The notes below the pieces were generated by a model, which made no database searches, had not been told where the DNA came from, and saw only the letters and a list, made by a program, of their open reading frames with translations. A stretch of 64,000 nt of DNA from Monocercomonoides exilis PA203 (lineage: Eukaryota; Protista; Preaxostyla): positions 1,364,001-1,428,000 of the forward strand of contig LSRY02000007.1 of NCBI GenBank assembly GCA_001643675.2, written 5' to 3'. The position numbers and the translations under genes are program-made. This document shows positions 35,629 to 46,500 of this stretch, piece after piece (positions within the stretch are counted from its first letter, which is position 1; every line of letters begins with the position of its first letter).

Positions 35629-36107
35629 TTATGATGAAGTGGAAGGTTCTGATGATGGTGTAGCTGATGATGTGGATTCCTGGAGAGGAGATGCCTCTTT
35701 GGATTGTTCTGAGGTTGATGACTCAACTTGTTCATCTGGCTTTTTAACACGAATTAATTCAAAGCAACTATCAAGACTTTAAGGAAAATGAAGTAATTAA
35801 ACAAGAAAATAAGCACACGTTTCTTTCATATAGTCAAGATTAGATTTTATTGCTTTTGAGAATCCACAAGTTGTATCTATCAATTTTTCTTCTCCTGCAA
35901 GTAAAGAAGCAGCTTTTATAATTTCCTTTGATGCATCAAAGCTGCTTAGCGTTTGGAAAATCTGGGCATAATCAGTAACGACTTTGTTTAGTTCATTGCA
36001 AAGTTCTTCATGTTAAATAAAAAAACAAATAAAACAAAATTACAAAAAGCAATGATGAAACAACTTTGCTGAGATGGGGGCCTCATTCTAATGTCGGACA
36101 TTGCCAT
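35629..36107 (-). CDS. 125-aa helical protein, BORC subunit 7 (BORCS7)-like; missed by the ORF track
   Basis: Exons 36107-36065, 36005-35819 and 35776-35629 give MAMSDIRMRPPSQQKLCNELNKVVTDYAQIFQTLSSFDASKEIIKAASLLAGEEKLIDTTCGFSKAIKSNLDYMKETLDSCFELIR... The gene model is solid; the family is recalled from the TD...S.E...AA.....EE..I pattern. Confidence 0.6.
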
Positions 36108-36553
36108 TGTTATACAACTTGATTTTACTTCAAAATTAACTTTTATTTTTTGTGATTGATCATAAATGTTATTTTATTTTCAAGGTCATGTTTAAAGTTT
36201 TGGAATTTGCATATCTTCATTATTCGATAAAAAAGTCTATCTATTTAATTCAATCAAAAATTGACAATATTAATCATGGGATAATTTAAGAATTTTTCAT
36301 TAGAAATTTTGGCTTATCTATCAATGAATGACAAACAAAACTATAAAATTGTTAAAGATATTAAATTGATGATGGACAGTGTGTTTATTTGTGTTCAAAT
36401 TGAGATATTCAAACATTTTTATCAAAAGATGATTTTTCTTCGACAGTGAAGGAACTGCATCAAAAAATCATACATTTATCAGAATTAGCAAATGTTTGTA
36501 AAGTTTTATTTTTGCAATTTTAACAATTGGGACATTATTCACTTTGCAGGATA

Positions 36554-37330
36554 TGAAATTGAAGCACAAATCAGTTATTGAGGCTTGCATCTATCCAACG
36601 CCTGCTTCATCTTCTGAATGTGCAGATGCTGTGCTTCCCTGTAATACTGTTTGCAACTTTTTTCTTAAACTTTTTATTTAAAAATTGATGTATCACATTT
36701 TTTTGGTGACGAAAATGTGTAAAGGTGTTGCATGAGCTATTAAGTCATATAAATCGTGAATCAATTGGATTGATAAAAATCTATCAAGATCTGATTCTTT
36801 GGATATCTCTCCATTCGGCTCCTGTTTTTAAGGTTTTGAATAAACTACTACCAAATTTCATTGTTCAATTTCAACTATTGAAATGAAGGGAGTTGGCTTT
36901 GGAACAGAAATTCAAATAAAAGTTCAAGAAGAAATACAAGCTGCAGAAGAAGCTGCAACTGTGTTGTTATCTTCTCTGTCCATATATCATACTCATAGAG
37001 CTAAATGTGTAAATAGGGTTTGCCTTTTTGGAAATACTGTTTATATTTCGTGTGTAAAAATTACAACATATTCTACAATAGATTATCAAATATCCAACAA
37101 TTGACAGTTACAAAATGTCTCTCAGGCAAAAGGACGAGACATCATACTTGACATTTGTTATTTCATTGGAGTTAATGAGAGATATGGCTGTCAAAGTGGC
37201 TGACTCTGTTCAAAAGAACTACAAACATCTTGATAATCCTTCCGGATTTGCAAAACATCTTCATAAATCAATGTTTTAATGCGATAACGCAACTGTAATT
37301 GGAATGGATCATTTTATGGATTAGCATGTA
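36554..37330 (+). pseudogene. Decayed fragment possibly from the CGxxxxPC surface-protein family
   Basis: Encodes ...SSECADAVLPCNT and, further on, CSISTIEMKGVGFGTEIQI, echoing the module order in the 19367 protein. Contains stops and frameshifts. Confidence 0.3.
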
Positions 37331-37945
37331 TGTTGTAGTTTATCTTATAATTTCTCGAATGAAAAGATGGTAAGTCAGATAAAAAATTAAAAGTCTATTT
37401 CAATGCTTTGCAAGAGTTATTTGATTTTGACATTTGAAAACAAATCTTATATGTTTCAGTTTTCAATTTGTTATTCTATTTAACTTTTATCATAATTTTT
37501 TTAAATGAAATTATTCCAAATGAATATTTTTTTTTGTTTGTGACATTTGATGCGTTGAGAAAGTGAAGATCGCTTTCTTTGTTTGCACCTTCATGAAAAT
37601 GTGTTTTTCTTAAAGATTACAAAAATAAAATTGTAAAACCAATTAACATTGTAACAGATTTTGTGTGAATTTGTTGTGTTTATTCAACTTGGAAAACCAA
37701 TACAAGATTGGATGTTTTTTTTCAAAATTTTGCAGTTAATTTGAACTTGTTTGCTCATTTTTTCAATTAACCTGAAATTGTGAATAAAGACAGAAAAGAA
37801 TGAAATTCAACATAAACAAACATTTTTTTGCTTAAGGTAATAATTTTTGTTACACGTTTTGAAAGTACCATTTTATTATCCCGTAAATATTCTGTGTGAA
37901 ACATCTTGTGAAGAGTGATGTGTTTGGAAAAAAATCAAAAAATTT

Positions 37946-38790
37946 TTAGCAGAGAAATTTTATTATAAATTTTATTCCTTTTTCAAATTCAGAAGAATCT
38001 TTTCCAGTTCTTGCTCCAAATGGATCTGAATCCTCGCTTTCTGGTTTATTAAATTTTACGTCAGTGTCTTCTTCATCATTAATTCTTAAAAAAACATTTT
38101 TTTTTTTTTTTTTTTTTTTTGAATTCTCTTCGTTTTCATCAACTTCATCATCTTTAACAATTTCCAATTCAATTTCTTATTCAAATTGAAAATTAACAAT
38201 TTTTCAATAAATTCTCGACATGATAGAAAACATTATCTTTACAAAAAAAATTTTTTTTTCATTCGGTATCTTTCCCAATTCAAAAAGGTGTTTCATTCAA
38301 GGCAAATAAACGTATGTTAATGTTTTTAAAATTAATATTCGATGTTAAAACCTTTTTCGTATTTCCGTCTTATCCATTCAGCTTCATCAATTTCAACTAT
38401 TTTCCCAGCCCCTCCCATTTTTTCATTTCTGCAATTTTTGTTGTTTGAAGCAGTCGACCTTGCAACGCTTGTCCAGTTCTCAATCCTCATTTGTGATACG
38501 TTAAGCATCATGCCATTTTGCCTTTCTTTGATTTCCAGCCTATACATCAAAAAAAGTCATCATCACAGTGGTAATCAGGAATTTTGAAGACTCCAACGTG
38601 ATATTTTTGAATCAGGAAACACTTTTCTTGCATTTTGGGTACTTCAAAAATCTTGAATGTCCCCTTCCTTTTCAGACATTTTTGACTTTTTTGAACTGTT
38701 GGCAAACTGCAAATACCTTTGGTAAATATTGTTGGAACCATTTCCTTGATGATTATTCAGATGAAATTGACTCATGCAGGTCATGACCTT
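37946..38790 (-). mobile_element. Merlin (IS1595/IS1016-like) transposase pseudogene, internally deleted
   Basis: KMGGAGKIVEIDEAEWIRRKYEKG matches the Merlin GG.G.IVEIDE......KY..G motif. An upstream frame gives PKCKKSVS*FKNITLESSK (zinc-ribbon/HTH region). Multiple stops. The assignment is firm for 38330-38790 only. Confidence 0.75.
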
Positions 38791-39899
38791 TTTTTTGAAA
38801 GGTATTTTCTTTTATATTTCAATTATGAAGAGAAAAATTGATTTGTGTTCAAACCTTTTTTTTATTTAATTTAAAAAATATTATTTCAAACTTTGACCAA
38901 TGAACACAAGGTTTAGACAAAGAACATTTTTTTCTTAATCCTTGCAAATAATGGATCGCAAAAATGATTGAAAGAATCAAAAATATTAGGTATGCTTATT
39001 TTGTGCTTATGCCATGATATATTATTATAAGGTGGTTATCAAAATTTTTTTGGAAAATTCATTTTGTTGTTTTTTCGAGTTATTATAAAATTTGAGAATT
39101 TTCGTCGAATTTTCATTCCGACTTTCGTGACTTCACGTGAAAAAAAATCATTTTATTATCAAGCAAAAGTTACCATATTTGTAAAATAAAGCGAGTAAGA
39201 AGGAATATTCGATGAAAATTCTCAAATTTAATTTTAACACGTATATTCAACAAATGGAACTTTTTAAAAAAATTTAACGTTTGGTGCAAAATATTGCACT
39301 TCAAGCATTTTCATAGAAAAATTATGCTTCGTGGATGAACTTTTTGTAATCAAAAAATACAAATAAATTGGGTTCATTTTAGAAATACGTGTGATGTCAC
39401 AAAACATTATGTTACGCAATTATTTATCCCCATTTATAAATATAAGAATCATTTATATTTTCAAATTTGAGAAAGTTTTCAAAAATTGTGGGAAAAACAA
39501 AGTTTTAATAATATGTGCAAAAAATGCTTGAAAGCCCTTATTTTCCCACATTTTTAATACTATTGATCATGCAGTTTTTTTCAAATTTTCTTTCTTAAAT
39601 TTGCTCCAGTTTTTTATTCACTTGTGATTTTTTATTTTTTGAAAGTACATCAAAATTTCTGTTAAAATAATGAACATCACATGAATCAATGTGGGGCGAA
39701 ATTCTTCCATTTATGAATAAAGCAAACAATTGTTCCTATTTTTTTCAACGGTCATATCTTAAAAAGCATTTCATTCTCTTTCAATAAACCTCATAAAATT
39801 TCGAAAAAATGAGAAAAAGATAATAAAATAGCGATTGGAACAAAATTCAAAAAAAAATCTTTTGTAACATTCTTCAAATGACTTGCATTTTCTTATCAA

Positions 39900-41420
39900 T
39901 ATTCTTTATCGTCAAATAATATTTCATCATAATAAATTTTATCCTTCAGTATTTTGAATTATCTTTCAAGTTTATTTCGAGGATTTAATTTCATCATCAC
40001 AATCTTCAAAAGAAATATTTTCTTTTTTTTATTTTCCATTTCATTTTTCTTTTCCGAATTATCATCCCAGTCATCCAGGAGCTTTTCTTCTGAAATTTCT
40101 TTGCCTGAGAAGTCAAATAATTTTTTCATGAGAAAGAAGAGGATAAATCGATGATAGAGGAAGCTTCATTAAAACTGGTGTATTCGTGTCTTTGAGCACG
40201 CCGATGAATATGAATGATCTTTCTGTGACTGAAGGTGATCATGCCGAATGAATTGGTTGTTGTAGAGCTTCGACCGTGGCTGTTCTCTTCTCTGTTAAAG
40301 ATAACAACGATGGTGCTTCGAACTGAGAACTCATCTCAGACTTCAGAACCACAAATACGCCTCTGTCCTGTGTCCAGCAGATGTGTATGCTGTGAGGGAC
40401 GAATGTCACAGCATCCACATTTTCTTTTTTGATTTCTCACCTGATTGTTGGGTCTGCTCGAGAAATGTGGGATTCGATCAAAAACAAGCTGTGTCATTCG
40501 TTGAATAACATACGTTGCCTTCTTTCTTTGATTGAAGGGAGAAGAATTATGAGTACATATTTTCTGAACGAAGAAGATTCCATCCATCAGCATTTGTTTG
40601 GCCAAATCTCAAGATTTAAAGACAAAGGAGGCTTCAAGTCATCAGGAAGTTTGAGATTCAGCAACAGAATAACTGGAGGAACTGATTGGCCATAAACTGA
40701 AAATCCGCAATCAATGAAGTATTGACAGTTCTAGACGAACATTTAGCGAAACCGGGTCATGCGTTTGCAGGATGAAGAACATGCCGTTTGGAGCTATCTG
40801 GAACCCTGTGCGATGACTCATCCACTGTAAAAATCAGTGCATCGAAGAAATTATTGTTCTGATGAAATCCGTTGAGCATATCACACAAGGGTTTCAGAAC
40901 TTGTTGGCATGATACTGAAAGCCTGTTTGAGTCAACAAATTTTCGATTTTGATACCTTCAGCTCCGGATGTCTTTTGATGAAATCGTAAGCAACTGAAGT
41001 TGAAACTATAACATCTGGAGTGTTTTCTGATTTCAAATCATTTTCAACATTTTCAATCTAATTTTCTTTTATTAATACGTATCATTGTATATTTTTCAAA
41101 ACCAGTTTACACATTTTCATGACGTTCAAACTTGCTCCAGATAGTGATTTGTTTCAAATTTCATCAAGCACAGTGTGTTCTTTTTCACCAATAATCACAG
41201 CAGGTCTACCAATATTTGCACCAAACCTTCCTTGCCGAACAGCTTTCACTGCAAGCTATGAACGAATTTTGCTAAATAAAGAGCTGTAGAGTGCATCCAT
41301 CATACACTCAGCCCCTTCATTCACAATATGCGCAATTTTCTCCAATTGATTCCGAAGTTGTATGTTTTCGAACGATGGCATAGCCTCCAATAGAAATGGC
41401 TGACAAGCGGTTGATTATCC
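39900..41420 (-). mobile_element. pogo/Tigger/Fot1-type (DDE_1) transposase pseudogene
   Basis: Stitched minus-strand frames give GRPAVIIGEKE, FIKRHPELK, LIFTVDES, GQSVPPVIL, N..WMESSSFRKY, LFLIESHISR, VTFVPHSIHI...DRGVFVVLK, with stops and frameshifts. Confidence 0.85.
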
Positions 41421-42341
41421 AGCAACTGTTTTTTCATTGTTTTTTTTTTTGGGATATGATTGAAAAGCCTATTTGTTTATATCAATTTTTGTAGAAATAT
41501 TTCTTTTTAAACGTTAAACACTTATTATGAATTACAGTTGTTCTCGAACATTCATGAAACTGATAGAATTTCAATTGGATTATCTCACACTTGCATTATT
41601 TCCACATGGAAAACAAACAATGAACTTTTTGGTGTTGTGGTGAAAATTTTTGAAATCGTAAATTTTTTCGGAATGTTCATTAACAGAAGAATTTATTTCT
41701 TTGGAAAGGCGTTTTTCATTCTTTAGAAAAATTGATAAAAATTGTTTAAAACGTCAAAGTTTCAAACAAAATTTATGAAAAAATGATATATGTAATATTC
41801 AACGACTTATGAGTGTTCATTTATCAATAAGAATGATTATTTTTGAAATCATATTTTTTCTAACAAAATTTTCGGTTTTAATAAAATGATTTTGAATATT
41901 ATCAAATGAACATTGAAAAGTGAAAAGGCTTATTGAATGTATTTTAATCTTTGATTCGCAAAAACCATTTGATTTCAAAAACAATTATCAATCTTTTTCT
42001 CTTTTGAATTATAAATATCTTTCAAAAAACTTACAATCTTTGAAAAATCAACACCCCGAAAAAAGATATGATTTCAAAAATAATCACCCATATTCAAAGT
42101 GAATTTCCTGACAGTTTTTCATTTCAGAAAACATATGGAAAAAATTAAAATTTCACATTAATTCTTGCTAATAGATCGTTTGAAAAAAAAAAATCTTTTC
42201 GAAGATTATTTTCGACTGAAAAGTTATGAATATGAAAAGAGGAAAAGAACAATCAATTCTTTTTCCCCATTCAGAAAGTTATTGATTATAACAAATGGAA
42301 TGTCAAACTTTTCCAGATTCTTTTTAGAGCTTTATAAATCT

Positions 42342-42581
42342 GGGTAATTCTTTTTGAAAAGTCGCAAATGATTAATTGACAAATAAATCAAAAATTTCAA
42401 ATCTCGATCAAATTTCGGTTCCTACTCATGTAACCTCACCAAAGTGGAGGATATATTTTGACAATGCTATTTAACACATTCCTGTGAAGTTGTATGAACA
42501 TGAACCAAAATTTGATCAAATTATGAAATTTTTGATTTATTTGAAAATTAAACATTTGCGACTTTTCAAAAAGAATTACCC
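42342..42581. mobile_element. 240-bp foldback element/MITE with ~80-bp inverted arms
   Basis: The first 29 bp, GGGTAATTCTTTTTGAAAAGTCGCAAATG, are the exact reverse complement of 42553-42581. Arms are 42342-42421 and 42502-42581. ATCT lies on both flanks. Confidence 0.85.
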
Positions 42582-42847
42582 ATCTGTTCATCAAATCCTC
42601 ACATTCAGCAGTTCTTTTTTCATTTTGATGAAAACTCAAGAATTAGAAAAAGTTTTAATTGAAAAAAAATGATTCTTCAAGTATTGACAAAGCATATTCA
42701 TTCTGGAACATTTGTTTGAATATTCATTTTTCGTTTTGAAAATGAAGCTTCTATTACTAACAGAAAAAAAAAAAAAAAAAAAAAAATATTTGTAAAAATC
42801 AATATATGAGACGCAAGAACAAAATAGTTGCATATACATCCAAACAT

Positions 42848-42952
42848 ATACATACATACATACATACATACATACATACATACATACATACATACATACA
42901 TACATACATACATACATACATACATACATACATACATACATACATACATACA
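42848..42952. repeat. (TACA)n microsatellite
   Basis: Direct reading. Source of the spurious CMYV/HTYI ORFs. Confidence 0.95.
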
Positions 42953-43593
42953 CAAGGAGACAAAAGACATTCAAAAAATTTGATAATTTAACCATGAAAA
43001 ACAAAATGAAAGAAAAGAAATTTTTCAAAAAATTGAAGAAGTACTTTTCAAAATACAGATGCTATTTCACATAATAATAAACACAAAAACAGTGAAGAAT
43101 CAAACAATCAAACAAAAAAAATAAGACAAGAGAGATCACAAATATCGATGCAAAAAGTGGCAAAAGGATTCAAACAGCCAATCTGATCATCAAAAGAACA
43201 TCTCATTAGCAAGAAGACTCCTCAAGATTGATCAACATTCGAAACCCTCAGCATCACAAAAGCATCGACAAAATGAAGAGGCGATGTGAAAACTCGAAAT
43301 GGCTTCCAGACTTCAGACAGGTGACAAAAACACAAACAGAAGTGTGAATTACAACAACAACAACAAAAATAAAATCAAATTAGATGTGCTTGTGGTGGTG
43401 TAATGCTTTTCTTTTTTATAGCCAGCGGTCTTTCATTTTCTTTCCTCTTCCACTCTCCATGCACAGTGACATTTCTTTCCAACACTGCTTTCTGCAACTC
43501 TTGACTGTTCCAATAGATGGTTCAAAGCATTCGCACGCTCTCCAAAATTTCATCCCCTCATGCGCATTCTTCTTCATCATGCACTGCCCCCAT

Positions 43594-46500
43594 TCAGTCT
43601 TCGGTGAATATTGCATCTGTCGCTGTCACAATTATTGCCTCTTCTGGAAAGTGTCCAATCAGCCACCGCTTCACATCTGTCAGCGAAGGCCTCTCTGTCA
43701 AATCCCCCAGCACACACTTCTTCACAAACTCTCTGCCCCACTCGCACTCAACCACCCCAATATTCGGACGCTCCCCATTCATGATCTTCTGTCCTGCCAC
43801 CTCTGCCTCATACTCCCCAAACGGAACATGAAGCGTCAGACACTCCCACAGCATCATCCCAATCGAGAATGCCACTGACTCCTTCGTTGCTTCCCTCTTC
43901 TTGTTCATCAGCAGCTCGGGTGCCTTCCACCTCAGGCACTCTTTTTTGAAGGCATCCTCATCCTCAAATGCCGATGAGGGCAGGGAATCATCATCGTTAG
44001 TTGCAGATGTCGCAATGGTTGAAGAAGAGATAGACGATGAATCTGAGTCATCATCAGACAAGAAGTCTGAGTGCATCACAATGCAGATGACCATGTGCTC
44101 AGAGAATAAAACAATGTGCGGGCTGAGATTGGAAAGAGAAGAAAGAGGATTTTCCATTTCATCAAATGAATGGAGTGCGAGATTGGCCACCCAGAACAAA
44201 ATCTGTGCAGCTGTTTGTTCTCTTTCTTTCAATGTGCCAATCGGCATTTCCTTTGTCTTATTCAGCCCATGAAGCAGCATGAACAGCGAATCCCTCAAAT
44301 CCACAATCAGCTTTTCATGAGGTGATGAGCAAGCCATCGCATCCACAAGGTTTGACATTGAGGAGGTGGTTGGACACAGACTCTCCGTTCGAACAAAAGT
44401 TGAATCTGAATCAGTCGAAGAAGTTGATGAAATAGAAGGTGAAGGCGATCTCTTTCTTGAAGCATCATCTTCTTCCTTCTCATCAACCTTCTCCAACACC
44501 CAATCAGGGATCTTGTCTGAATCTCTTCCCAAAATATATTCTGTCGATCCACTCTCAGATAGAAGATGCTCAGATGACTCTGAATGTTCCATATTCGAAT
44601 CATAGACCCTCTTCTTGATCCTTTCTTCATTCTTCTTCTCAGCCTCCCTTTCTGCTCTCCTCCACTGCGCCTCGGGAGACATCTCCATCGTCACCATTTC
44701 AATCAGCTTCGGATCCTTCTTCACTGAATCATTCACAATCTCTCTCAGATCTTTGTTCTCGTTCTTTGCCTTTCTCCATCGAACAATGAATATTATTGAC
44801 ACAATAAGAACAATCAAAAACAATACAGCAAATATCGCAATCACAATCAACAACAAATTAGATTTTTCTTCATTACCTCCTTCAACAATCCTTTCATCCC
44901 TATTTGCCTTTGTTTCACTCACATTCTTCAGAATAAATAAATCTGTAGATGATGGAGATTCTGTATTTCCAAACAAAATAGATAAGCTAACTTCGATTTC
45001 ATATTCGCAACTGCTGATGAGATCTTTTGCCACACTCCCTTCAACTTCTCTTTCTGACAAGAATCCACTTGAATCAAAATCATGCTTTTCAACATCTTTC
45101 TCTTCTCCTTTTCTCTTCACAACTGCGAATGACAGATTGCATGGAACAAGAAGCATTCCTTTGAATGTCAGTTTCATTCTGTCTGCCTCTTCTTTTGTTT
45201 CTACACTCTCCAGAACAGGAATGAAAAATGATGAATCCCTCTCAGAAACAATCCCTTCAAAATTGCACCCATCATTCAACATCCAAAGTGAGGAGTTATC
45301 CTTCAATCCATCTCCTCCTTTCAAGCTCATCACATTCAATGTTCCTGAATTTGAGCAAATGATATTTCTTCTCAGTGATGGATATCCTTCAATTGATTGA
45401 TTATTGTCAATGAACTCTCCTTTCTCAATTATCACATTTCCTCCTCTCATTGTTATTCCTCCATCTGGTGAATTCGAGATTGTTGTGTCTTTCATCATCA
45501 CAGAACTCTTCACAACATCCACAAGAGATCCATCCCATCTGCATATCTCTTGTTCCACATTCAAATTCTTCTCCTTTCTTTCCTTTGAACTTCCATCGAA
45601 ATTACAACTGTCTATTTTCACATCTGTGCAATCCTCCAATTTCATCAATTTCCCTTTTGTGGTCTTTGAACTAACTCCACCTATTGTGCAATTTGTCAAT
45701 TGCACTGTCTTTTTCATTGCCAAGCAAGATATCAATGATTCTTCATTTCCTTCAACTGTGATGTTTTCTGTATGAAACTTCTCCATATTCAATTGTCCAC
45801 ATTCATTTATATCTATCAGAGGAGTTTTAACTGTTGAATTGCAAATCGTTAATGAATCAATCACCGATGGAAGTTGCGATGAAAGAGATAATGCAGATTC
45901 ATGAAGAATAAGATTTGATATCGCGCATCCATCAAGTTGTAATTCTCCTTTTTCCATATTAAAAATGTGAAATGGAATATTTGCAAATTCTGCATTTCCT
46001 TCTTCTATCAATTGTTTTGTAGTGAATGAACAATTCATTATCTCAAGAATCCCTCCCTCAGATGACATCAGTGATTCATGTTGAGAGATGAAATTTGAAT
46101 CAAACACAAATCCCACTCTCACCAATGAGACCGTTTTTGTTGTTATCAATGCATCCTTTGTTTTTTCAATGTTTGATTTCACTTCAACTTTACAGTTTTC
46201 TCTGCTCTTCGAACTCAGACTCATTTCCTCCAGATTTATCTCCCCATCAATCGTACTCTTTTCAACAACGAACATTTGACTTATGAAATCTGAAGTAAGA
46301 TGCATCAACCCATAATCAACTGAATAACATGGAAGTGTGCTTGCTCCACATTGTCTCTCATTCGATCCATTCACACTGCTCACAATGATCGTGTCACCCT
46401 GATGAATCGTCACAAAATCAATAAGATCAGTGTCGCTTGAATAATCGCATGAATCTCTTCCATATATTGCATTAATTCGCGAATAATGATTCTCTCGAAG

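Noticed and set aside
37836-39174. GGTAA...TTACC as possible Merlin TIRs
   Set aside because: The match is only ~5 bp plus AT noise, with no 8-9-bp TSD.
39481-39555. Short inverted pair AAATTGTGGGAAAA / TTTTCCCACATTTT
   Set aside because: Too short and AT-rich to define an element; it may be TE debris.
41533-41560. TACAGTTGTTCTCGAAC as a pogo-like TIR
   Set aside because: No partner repeat found, and the orientation does not fit the adjacent transposase.
42636-43028. CMYV/HTYI-repeat ORFs (and the ER/CV ORFs at 60801-61151)
   Set aside because: They are microsatellite translations.
43384-43593. Possible TGA read-through extension of the giant receptor
   Set aside because: Several stops follow, there is no SECIS or recognisable domain, and other genes here use TGA as a normal stop.
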